A program made the position numbers and the translations under genes. A DNA stretch of 32,000 nucleotides from Polynucleobacter necessarius (GTDB lineage: Bacteria; Pseudomonadota; Gammaproteobacteria; Burkholderiales; Burkholderiaceae). A model generated the notes under the pieces. The model was given only the letters and a program-made list of their open reading frames with translations, made no database searches and was not told where the DNA came from. Location: the NCBI RefSeq assembly GCF_900095195.1, contig NZ_LT606950.1:1311946-1343945 (forward strand), given 5' to 3'. The stretch's first letter is position 1, and the number at the start of each line of letters is the position of its first letter. Positions 21,383 through 29,308 of this stretch are shown here, in pieces.

Positions 21383-22441
21383 TTAAGGCGATACAGCAAT
21401 CTGGGTAAGACCCGTGGTTTCGGGTAATCCGAACATCAAATTCATACACTGCACACCCTGACCAGAGGCACCTTTTACCAAGTTGTCCTCTACAACCAAA
21501 ATCACCAAGGTATCGCCACCACCAGGCCGGTGAATTGCAATCCGAATACCGTTACTACCCCGCACTGATCGGGTTTCTGGGTGGCTACCTGCAGGCATCA
21601 CATCAACGAATGGCTCATTTTGATAAAAGTCTTCATAAAGCTTTTGATAATCCACCTCTTTACCAGCCTCAGTCAGACGCACATATAGGGTTGAATGAAT
21701 TCCTCTCACCATTGGCGTGAGATGCGGCACAAAGGTCAAACCAATCCGATCATGGCCAGCGATCGCTTTCAAGCCCTGCACGATTTCAGGAAGATGGCGG
21801 TGGCCCTTAACACCATAGGCTTTGAAGTTATCGCTTGCCTCCGAGAGGAGGGTGCCAATTTCTGCTTTACGGCCTGCACCAGAAGTACCCGATTTCGAAT
21901 CCGAAATAATATGTTCACCATCAATGAGTTGTTTTCCACCGGTTGACTTTGGTGACAGCAATGGTGCAAGCCCGAGCTGAACTGATGTGGGATAGCATCC
22001 CGCTAAACCAACAACGCGGGCCCTCTTAATTTGTTCGCGATTAATTTCCGCTAAGCCATAAACCGCTTCAGCCAAAATATCTGGGCAGCTATGCTCCATG
22101 CCATACCACTTGGCAAGCTCTTTTACATCCTTCAAACGGAAGTCTGCAGCTAAGTCCAAAATCTTGACATTGTTTGCAAGCAACTCCTTGGCTTGCGCCA
22201 TTGCTACACCATGGGGAGTGGCAAAGAACACTACGTCGCATTCATTAAACTTGGCTTCATCTGGAGTAGTAAATTTCAGATCAACCCGACCACGCAATGA
22301 AGGAAACATCTCGGCTACTGGCATACCTGCTTCTGTACGGGAAGTGATGGCAACGATCTTGACCCCCGGATGTTGCGACAATAAACGCAACAATTCCACT
22401 CCGGTGTAGCCTGTGCCGCCAACTATGCCAACTTTAATCAT
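21383..22441 (-). CDS. argC: N-acetyl-gamma-glutamyl-phosphate reductase
   Basis: N-terminal [17 protein letters not shown] and the active-site GCYPTS. The start is placed at the second ATG (22441) because GGAGA lies 5-6 nt upstream of it; the ORF track begins 12 nt earlier. Confidence 0.9.
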   Translation of the reverse strand: MIKVGIVGGTGYTGVELLRLLSQHPGVKIVAITSRTEAGMPVAEMFPSLRGRVDLKFTTPDEAKFNECDVVFFATPHGVAMAQAKELLANNVKILDLAADFRLKDVKELAKWYGMEHSCPDILAEAVYGLAEINREQIKRARVVGLAGCYPTSVQLGLAPLLSPKSTGGKQLIDGEHIISDSKSGTSGAGRKAEIGTLLSEASDNFKAYGVKGHRHLPEIVQGLKAIAGHDRIGLTFVPHLTPMVRGIHSTLYVRLTEAGKEVDYQKLYEDFYQNEPFVDVMPAGSHPETRSVRGSNGIRIAIHRPGGGDTLVILVVEDNLVKGASGQGVQCMNLMFGLPETTGLTQIAVSP

Positions 22442-22505
22442 GTCTTTCTCCAAGATACCGACTGCGAGAAGTTTTATTCAAACTTGATAACCATATTGTA
22501 GAAAC

Positions 22506-22528
22506 AAAAAGGGCCGCTTGCGCGACCC
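22506..22528 (-). terminator. rho-independent terminator after rpsI
   Basis: The minus strand reads GGGUCGC-GCAA-GCGGCCC (7-bp stem with one G-U pair, GNRA loop) followed by UUUUU, about 30 nt downstream of the rpsI stop and upstream of argC. Confidence 0.6.
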
Positions 22529-22557
22529 TTTCGATAAAACAACAGCGACTGAAAGAA

Positions 22558-22959
22558 TTAGCGCTTGCTGAACTGCTTGCGACGACGTGCGCCGTGCAGA
22601 CCAACCTTTTTACGCTCAACTTCACGAGCATCGCGAGTCACAAAACCTGCTTTAGACAGAGTTGACTTCAAAGCATTGTCGTAGTCGATCAAAGCACGAG
22701 TCACGCCGTGACGTACAGCACCAGCTTGGCCAGTCTCACCGCCACCAGAAACGTTTACCTTGATATCAAAGGTCGTCAGGTGGGATGTCAGAGCCAAAGG
22801 CTGACGCGCGATCATGCGCGATGTTTCACGAGCAAAATATGCATCGATGGGCTTACCGTTGACAGTAATTTCGCCTTTGCCAGATTTAATAAAGACGCGC
22901 GCAACAGAACTCTTGCGGCGACCAGTACCGTAATTCCAATTTCCGTAATTAATAGCCAT
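22558..22959 (-). CDS. rpsI: 30S ribosomal protein S9
   Basis: 133 aa with [13 protein letters not shown] and the C-terminal …[10 protein letters not shown]. Confidence 0.95.
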   Translation of the reverse strand: MAINYGNWNYGTGRRKSSVARVFIKSGKGEITVNGKPIDAYFARETSRMIARQPLALTSHLTTFDIKVNVSGGGETGQAGAVRHGVTRALIDYDNALKSTLSKAGFVTRDAREVERKKVGLHGARRRKQFSKR

Positions 22960-22968
22960 TTGGTTTCC

Positions 22969-23397
22969 TTAAATCTCTAACGCTTTTGGCTGTTGAGCCG
23001 CATGCGGATGATTAGCGTCGCCATAGACTTTTAATTTTTTAATCATGGCATAGCCGAGTGGGCCTTTTGGCAACATACCTTTCACAGCCTTCTCCAAAGC
23101 GCGACCTGGGAAACGGTCTTGCATTTTGCCAAAGTTTGTCTCGGAAATACCACCTGGGTATCCGCTGTGACGGTAATACATTTTGTTCAAGCCTTTTGTG
23201 CCTGTAACACGCAGCTTAGAAGAATTGATCACGACGATAAAGTCGCCAGTGTCAACGTGTGGTGTGAATTCAGGCTTATGCTTGCCGCGTAGACGGTGTG
23301 CCACTTCACTGGCGACACGACCGAGGACTTTGTCCGTAGCGTCAATCACGAACCATTTACGCTTTACCTCATGGGATTTTGCGGAAAAAGTTTTCAT
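22969..23397 (-). CDS. rplM: 50S ribosomal protein L13
   Basis: 142 aa, with [19 protein letters not shown]… typical of L13, followed by rpsI. Confidence 0.95.
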   Translation of the reverse strand: MKTFSAKSHEVKRKWFVIDATDKVLGRVASEVAHRLRGKHKPEFTPHVDTGDFIVVINSSKLRVTGTKGLNKMYYRHSGYPGGISETNFGKMQDRFPGRALEKAVKGMLPKGPLGYAMIKKLKVYGDANHPHAAQQPKALEI

Positions 23398-23557
23398 GAT
23401 TTCTCAAATTGTTATGGTCAAAAAAAATTACTCCAACTAAATCACGTCCACTTTGGCCCTGCTTATGCTTGCAAGCTCGCAGATTCTGCAATCGAATTGG
23501 TACAACAAATTACCGCTGACCGGCTCGGTAATTCAGTAAAGCCTCGAATTGTAACCT

Positions 23558-23582
23558 AAAAAACCCAGGAACGAGTCCTGGG
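23558..23582 (-). terminator. rho-independent terminator (minus strand only) in the rplM upstream region
   Basis: The minus strand reads CCCAGGA-CUCGU-UCCUGGG (perfect 7-bp stem at 23564-23570/23576-23582) followed by U6 (23563..23558). The plus strand has no U tract after the hairpin. Confidence 0.55.
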
Positions 23583-23657
23583 CTGGAATCCACCTATGTT
23601 TGGGTGGAGGAGACACTGGGAGGCAAGTACAAGTCTTATACAAGACTGACTGCCGAT
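23558..23657 (-). ncRNA. candidate ~100-nt small RNA or transcribed leader/attenuator upstream of rplM (family unknown)
   Basis: A sigma70-like TTGTTT-17 nt-TAGAAT promoter lies on the minus strand (23692..23687 and 23669..23664). It is followed by hairpins at 23632-23647 and 23590-23607, CU-rich tracts (CCUCCC, CUCCUCC) and the terminator above. There is no plausible ORF. The 5' end is a guess. Confidence 0.3.
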
Positions 23658-23737
23658 ATGGTTATTCTACACAGGAGCCAATACCAAAACAAGAAAATTG
23701 ACCAAAATCAATTTTTTTATGTTGCTATGCAACAACT

Positions 23738-23757
23738 AGAATTGGTTGAGAATTGGT
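23738..23757 (+). promoter_or_regulatory. tandem direct repeat AGAATTGGT-TG-AGAATTGGT (11-bp period), putative regulator binding site
   Basis: Exact 9-mers at 23738-23746 and 23749-23757, immediately upstream of a TTGAAA (23764-23769)-16 nt-TAAATT (23786-23791) promoter-like pair in front of the OsmC-family pseudogene. Confidence 0.3.
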
Positions 23758-23806
23758 AAACTATTGAAAATATTGATTAATTTAGTAAATTAGGGATCAC
23801 TAATAT

Positions 23807-24227
23807 ATGGAATGTCGAGTATCTTTGTTAGGTAATGGTGGCATGGCCTTTTCAGCAGAAACAGGCAGTGGCCACCTGATCAACATGGATGGAGCCCCTG
23901 AGGCGGGTCAGGAACCTCGCTCCTAGGCCCATGGAGCTATTATTGGCTGGCGCTGGGGGATGCTTGCATTCGATGTGGTTTTGATCCTACAAAGGACGCG
24001 ACAGGCTGTTTCTGCCTGCGATGTATCCCCTACAAGCGGAAAGAGCAACGGAAGACCCCAAGGTCTTTACAAAGATTCATTTGCATTTCACGGTCAAAGA
24101 AAAAGATCTCGACCAGGCAAAAGTTGATCGCGCTGTAAAGCTATCCCATGACAAGTATTGTTCGGCCACCGCCATGCTAGCTAAAACCGCAGAGCTGACT
24201 TATGGCGTGGAAGTCATTTCAGAATAA
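23807..24227 (+). pseudogene. OsmC/Ohr-family peroxiredoxin-like protein, multiply frameshifted
   Basis: Homology to a ~140-aa OsmC-family protein is spread over alternating frames. MECRVSLLGNGGMAFSAETGSGHLINMDGAPEAG (from 23807) ends at TAG 23924. RNLAPRPMELLLAGAGGC is in the frame starting 23901. AFDVVLILQRTRQAVSACDV is back in the first frame. LQAERATEDPKVFTKIHLHF…HDKYCSA…VISE is in the 24021 frame. That makes at least 3 indels. Both family cysteines (GGC, KYC) are recognisable. Confidence 0.8.
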
Positions 24228-24538
24228 GTGCAGAGTCAATCGATAAGCCGGATTCTGTCGCCTAGATTCGCATCTAGGGGCAATCATTCCTCTAGGCCGT
24301 TAGTTACCTAACGGCTCAAGCTCCCTACCCGCAGACTCAGCGGGACGCCTCATAGTCTGCATACTTGGGATTGCTCCAGGTGGGAGGTTACCGCGTTTCA
24401 CCGTAACTAAATACGCTCGTCTCTGTGGCCCTATTCCTCACGTCACCGTGGATGGCCGTTAGCCATCACCCTACCCTATGGAGTCCGGACTTTCCTCCCC
24501 CTCGATAAAGAGGCGGCGATTGCCTAATTGACTCTGCG
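24226..24538 (-). ncRNA. rnpB: RNase P RNA, bacterial type A (compact)
   Basis: The minus strand contains the universal blocks GAGGAAAGUCCGGACUCCAUAGGGUAGGGUG, ACAGAGA, GGUGAAA, GGUAACCUCCCACCUGGAGCAA, GGGUAGGGAGCUUGAGCC, CCUAGAGGAAUGAUUGCC and ACAGAAUCCGGCUUAUCG. P1 pairs 24537..24527 (GCAGAGUCAAU) with 24240..24230 (AUUGACUCUGC). Exact ends are +/- a few nt. Confidence 0.93.
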
Positions 24539-24588
24539 CCTGCAGTCTAACGCAGTCGGAGCAAATTGGCTTGTAAAAAGAGTTTGGG

Positions 24589-25647
24589 TTAGCTCAAGGA
24601 CCAAGCAATTGTTTCGCCTGCTCGCAACGGAACGATGGTGGCATCGCCAAATGGCTGTTCACTGGGTATGTTTTGTGCTTTTTTAGTGAGTGTAATTTTT
24701 TTTGTATTACGGGGTAAAGAATAAAAATCGGGTCCATAAAAACTGGCAAAAGTTTCTAGGCGATTTAGTTTGCCAACGCTGTCAAATGCTTCGGCGTATA
24801 AACCTAGCGCATTAAATGCGCTGTAGCAACCTGCGCAACCACGGGCAGATTCTTTTGCGCCTTTTGCATGGGGCGCACTATCAGTACCCAAGAAGAAACG
24901 CAGATTACCGCTCGTGGCTACTTCCAGCAACGCAATACGATGCTCCTCACGTTTTAATACTGGCAAGCAGTAATTGTGTGGACGAATGCCGCCAGCAAAA
25001 ATAGCATTGCGATTCATTAGCAAATGCTGCGGAGTGATTGTAGCCGCAATAGTATTTTTTCCACTAGTTGAGGCATCACGAACATACTGCGCTGCTTGCT
25101 TAGTAGTAATGTGCTCGAAAACAATTTTGAGCTCAGGAAAATCTTTACGCAAAGGCTCGAGAACTTGATCGATAAAGACTGCCTCCCGATCAAAAATATC
25201 CACATCGGGATGAGTAACTTCGCCATGCACCAAGAGCGGCATCCCAACCTGTTGCATTACCTCAAGAACCTGATAGCAGCGTTTAATATCGTTAACGCCA
25301 GCGTCACTATTGGTTGTGGCACCTGCGGGATACAACTTCAATGCAGCAATACCTTCCGCTTTAGCTCTTTGTATCTCATCTGCCAAAGTGTTATCTGTCA
25401 GGTAGAGCGTCATGAGAGGCGTAAAACCATTAATTCCTAAAGACTTTAGGTTGGATTCAATACGAGCTTGGTAGGCTTTTGCTAAATCAACTGTCGTTAC
25501 TGGTGGATTCAGATTTGGCATGATGATCGCGCGGGCAAATTGACGTGCGGTATCACCCAATGCATCTCGCATCACGTCCCCATCACGAATATGTAAATGC
25601 CAATCATCTGGCTGAATGAGTTCAATTTGAGTTTGGCTGTTTGACAT
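24589..25647 (-). CDS. pyrC: dihydroorotase (homodimeric, class II type)
   Basis: 352 aa with N-terminal DDWHLHIRDG metal ligands, KLYPAGATTNS (carboxylated-Lys region), FEHITT and GTDSAPH. Confidence 0.9.
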   Translation of the reverse strand: MSNSQTQIELIQPDDWHLHIRDGDVMRDALGDTARQFARAIIMPNLNPPVTTVDLAKAYQARIESNLKSLGINGFTPLMTLYLTDNTLADEIQRAKAEGIAALKLYPAGATTNSDAGVNDIKRCYQVLEVMQQVGMPLLVHGEVTHPDVDIFDREAVFIDQVLEPLRKDFPELKIVFEHITTKQAAQYVRDASTSGKNTIAATITPQHLLMNRNAIFAGGIRPHNYCLPVLKREEHRIALLEVATSGNLRFFLGTDSAPHAKGAKESARGCAGCYSAFNALGLYAEAFDSVGKLNRLETFASFYGPDFYSLPRNTKKITLTKKAQNIPSEQPFGDATIVPLRAGETIAWSLS

Positions 25648-25649
25648 CG

Positions 25650-26983
25650 TTATTTGTTGAGCAAAATTATGCGGAAATCATTCACATTCGTAAGTGTATG
25701 GCCAGTTTCCACCAAAGCGCCCAATTCTGCAAAGAACCCATAACAATCATGCCCCTCTAAGAACGATTTAGGCGCCAATCCCCTAGCTTGGGCTACTTTA
25801 CGGATATTCTCATCAAACCATGCGCCTGCATTCTTTTCACTTCCATCAATACCGTCTGTATCTGCCGCTAGGGCAGCAATTTGAGGTATGTCCTCACTAG
25901 CAGCAAATAGGGATAGTAGATATTCACTGCAACGGCCGCCACGGACCTTAAGGCCCGATGGAGTGGCACGATACATTCGCCCCCAGAGATGATCGCTGTA
26001 GGCTTTAGATACTTTGCGTTTTGCTGACGCGCTAACCCGGCTTGGAAAGATCCAACCTCTTGTGCCTCTCCAGCAATAGTGTCGCCCAAAATAATGGGAT
26101 CATAGCCTTGAGTGCGAACATAATTTGCGCAGCCTCCAAACTTTTGTATGCGGTTGCCATGACATGATTTGCTACATTCGCGCCGATTAAATCACTATCT
26201 TTTAGTGTCTCAGGCCTCTCCCCTGTTAAACCCTGCTGGAGATGATTGAGCACAGACGAGGGAATGACAACCTCATTCAATTGATATTTCCCAGGATATT
26301 GAGTGCATCTAGATGGTTGAGTAATCGGCTGCACAGGGACCGCTAGCAATATCTGCTGGTGAATCTCCTGTCACGTCGGAAATTAATAATGCCTCGACTC
26401 TTGCTCCGCGACTAATCGCAACTCTTGCTAGATTACCCCCAAGAATTGCTGACAAATGCTTGCGCACCACATTCATTTCTTCAATCGGTGCCCGCTACGA
26501 AGAAGCGCTTCTGTGGTCTTACGCATACCTTCAATCGAGATACCCTCAACTGGCAACGTGAGAAGGCTGGAACCACCACCAGAAATCAACGCAATCAGAA
26601 CATCATTTGGTTGTAGCTGCTTAGCAAGTGCAAGAATATCTTTTGCGCCATCCATTCCCGCCTGATCAGGAACTGGGTGTCCCGCCTCGACAATCTGGAT
26701 TGTCGATGTTGGCGATTTATGCCCATAACGAGTGAGCAATACGCCCTCAATGACAGCTTTGGGCCAATGATTCTTCGCATAAGCCTCTAAGCGCTTGCCA
26801 TGGAGGCGCTTGCCTTGCCAGCACCAACGATTAAGACCTACCTTTTGGCTCTTGTCCGGCTGGAAATAATTTCGCGAGATACTGCGGAACAATTAACTGC
26901 GGATCAGCTACTGCAACAGCCGCAGCAAATGCATTTTTAAGAATCGTTTCTGTATTAAATGGAGAATGAATTTGCTGCGTCAT
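25650..26983 (-). pseudogene. MOFRL-family glycerate 2-kinase / hydroxypyruvate-reductase-like protein, heavily frameshifted
   Basis: A full-length homologue is recognisable only by hopping frames. The pieces are MTQQ…AVADPQLIVPQYL…PKGR; VLIVGAGKASASMA; LEAYAKNHWP…VEAGHPVPD…LISGGGSSLL; IEEMNVVRKHLSAILGG…LLISDVTGD; LDALNILG; KYQLNEVVIPSS…; GDTIAGEAQEVG…IISGGECIV; and GGRCSEYLL…DTDGIDGSEKNAG…TLTNVNDFRIILL. That is at least 6 frame changes plus internal stops. The ORF track shows only three fragments. Confidence 0.8.
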
Positions 26984-26992
26984 CGAGCTATT

Positions 26993-28812
26993 CTAATCAA
27001 GTGAGGCACGTTCTTGCATTAGCCACATCTCAGCATATTTACCATTAATCTTTAGAAGATCGAGGTGGGTTCCTCGCTCGACAATCTGTCTATACTCCAT
27101 CACCAATATTTGATCGGCATGAATAATGGTTGAAAGACGATGGGCAATGATGAGCGTGGTTCGGTTTTTAGCTAAGCTGAGTAACTCCTCCTGAAACGCC
27201 CTTTCGGTTTTTGAATCCAAAGCGGATGTTGCTTCATCAAAAATTAATATACTCGGCTTCTTTAGCAAGGTTCGAGCGATAGCCACTCGCTGCTTCTCGC
27301 CACCCGAAAGTTTTAGACTACGCTTACCGACTTGCGTGTCATAGCCCTCGGGTAAGCGTTCAATAAATCCATCGATTTGCGCTGCTCTAGCAGCCTCTCG
27401 AACCTCTTCCAGAGTAGCAGAGGGGTCTCCGTAGGCAATGTTGTAACCAATCGTGTCATTAAATAAAGGTATCTTGCGGAACGATACCTATTGCCTTGCG
27501 CAAACTGGCCTGTGTCACATCATGCAGACTTTGGCCATCAATCAAAATCTTCCCGGACTGAACGTCATAAAAACGGAATAGCAATCTTGCTAAGGTACTT
27601 TTACCCGCACCGATTTGACCAACAACGGCAGTAATCGTATCCGCAGGAATATTAAAACTCACATCTCGAAGGATTTAACGCTTAGCGTCATAATGAAATG
27701 ACACGTGATCAAAACACACGTCCGGACCTTTGCTGAGATTCTGAATGTGTAAAGGTTGACATTTGGCGAATCCGCAATCTCTTTCTCGGTATTCAATAAT
27801 GAAAACATCCAATCCATATCCGTCAGAGACTGCTTGATTTCACGATAGATCACGCCCAAGAAATTCAGGGGGATATATAACTGAATTATTAGCGTATTGA
27901 CTAAGGCTAAATCACCCAATGTCATCGTACCGTCCGCCACCCCAAGAGTAGCGCGCCACAAAATCAACATTAAACCGACTGCAATAATGATTTGCTGACC
28001 AAGATTCAAAAAAGCAAGAGTCTTTTGCGACTTGATGGCTGCGGTCTGATACCTCAACAAGTTTTTATCGTAACGGCGTGCCTCAAACGATTCATTACCA
28101 AAATACTTTACGGTCTCAAAATTTAATAGCGAATCAATGGCTTTTTGATTTGCTTTGGAATCCATCTCATTCATGGCCCTGCGGTAGTGCGTACGCCACT
28201 CCGTAACAGCAATCGTAAAAACAATATACAAAATGAGTGCTACTAAGATAATCGCAGCAAACCAAATGTTGTATGAATATGCAAAGTAACCAAGTACTAA
28301 ACAAAACTCAATAAGGGTTGGCAGGATGCTATACAGAGAATACGAAATCAGCGATTGAATGCCCCGCGTACCGCGCTCTATATCCCGACTCTCGCCACCA
28401 GTCTGACGAGCTAAATGAAAACCTAACGCTAGAGAATGCAAATTCTCAAACACCTGAAGCGCGACCTTGCGTACCGCATTTTGTGTTACCCGAGCAAATA
28501 ACACCTCACGCAACTCCGTAAATAAAGAAGCGGAGATTCGCAATAATTTATAGGCAACAATAATGCCCACTGGAACAACCAATAAAGCCTGTGGCGAATT
28601 GGCCTTAAGATCCAAAGAGTCAATCAACTCTTTCATCAAAATATGGATACCAAGGTTGGCAAATTTTTCTGCAATGAGGCGGCTGATAGCAAAGAGGACC
28701 CTCAGTCGATGCTCTAGAAGATAGGGTATAAACCACGAATTACCCGCCAGTCGCCGCGTTGAGGCTCTTTTGAATCACTGCCACTGAGGTAGTGGCTCGA
28801 TGAATGTCTCAT
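26993..28812 (-). pseudogene. ABC half-transporter (fused permease/ATPase, ATM1-type exporter-like), disrupted
   Basis: N-terminus MRHSSS…DWRVIRGL (ATG 28812..28810), then a frameshift near 28725-28733. The six-helix TMD follows (ORF 27659..28639), then a frameshift near 27750-27766. Next comes …VSFHYDAKR-TAA(27677..27675)[27 protein letters not shown] (Walker A), then a frameshift near 27455-27472. The last piece is [13 protein letters not shown]…LSGGEKQRVAIARTLL…ILIFDEATSALD (signature and Walker B) …IIAHRLST. Confidence 0.85.
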
Positions 28813-28821
28813 CGTTCTATC

Positions 28822-29279
28822 TTATTCGCTTCTCACTTGATCTGCAGAAAACCATTTCAAGATGGCTTCACCATTGCTACGTGAGAAACATTTTTGAGCA
28901 GCTGTCTCATATGGCAACCATTCATAAGCCACATGCTCTCTTGGGGAGAGCTTTATTGAAATATCATCGGGTACTTGAAGCGCAAACCAATGCTCCGTAT
29001 TTTTAGTGATGCCAGGCGCATACCGAAAGCGCCATTCTGGATAAATTTCATATTCGATGTGCTGATGCATGTCATGCAATGCACCAGCCGGCAAAGAATC
29101 AATCTGAATGCCAGTTTCTTCAAACACCTCGCGTGCTGCAGCCAAGGTTAGATTTTCATCAGGTACATCTAGACTTCCGGTAACGGATTGCCAAAACCCT
29201 TGCGATCAGCACGCTCTATCAATAAAACATCCCTATTCGATTTATAGATTATTACTAAAACCGATATAGGGATTTTCAA
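28822..29279 (-). pseudogene. nudB: Nudix hydrolase, dihydroneopterin-triphosphate diphosphatase-like, single frameshift
   Basis: From TTG 29279..29277 the N-terminal frame reads (M)KIPISVLVIIYKSNRDVLLIERADRKGF and then runs into TAG. The ORF-track frame continues GFWQSVTGSLD…REVFEETG (Nudix box). Restoring one T in the run at 29193-29196 (A4 on plus strand; cgc aag ggt ttt Tgg caa) rejoins the two parts. The span is 458 nt, one short of a multiple of 3. It sits directly downstream of aspS. Confidence 0.75.
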
Positions 29280-29308
29280 GATCGCACCAGGACTGTGCTT
29301 GAGTTGTT

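Noticed and set aside
23296-23559. 87-aa plus-strand ORF spanning the rplM 5' end and its upstream region
   Set aside because: Its first third is antisense to rplM coding sequence, and it has no SD or family resemblance. The region is better explained as the rplM promoter/leader.
23658-23759. 33-codon plus-strand sORF (MVILHRSQYQNKKIDQNQFFYVAMQQLELVENW) in the rplM/OsmC intergenic region
   Set aside because: No Shine-Dalgarno sequence precedes it, its composition simply reflects AT-rich spacer, and it overlaps the promoter-like and repeat elements. There is no support for coding.
25096-25440. 114-aa antisense ORF inside pyrC, with similar antisense ORFs in argC (22098..22409), aspS (29781..30280), ruvC/ruvA (16696..17001) and purH (14798..15082, 15449..15643)
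   Set aside because: They are opposite strongly supported conserved genes, and their composition is typical of antisense frames. There is no independent evidence such as an SD, a motif or conservation.
28800-29006. 68-aa plus-strand ORF overlapping the nudB 3' half, and 28318..28521 plus-strand ORF inside the ABC pseudogene
   Set aside because: They are antisense to recognisable Nudix and ABC-TMD homology and have no motifs of their own.
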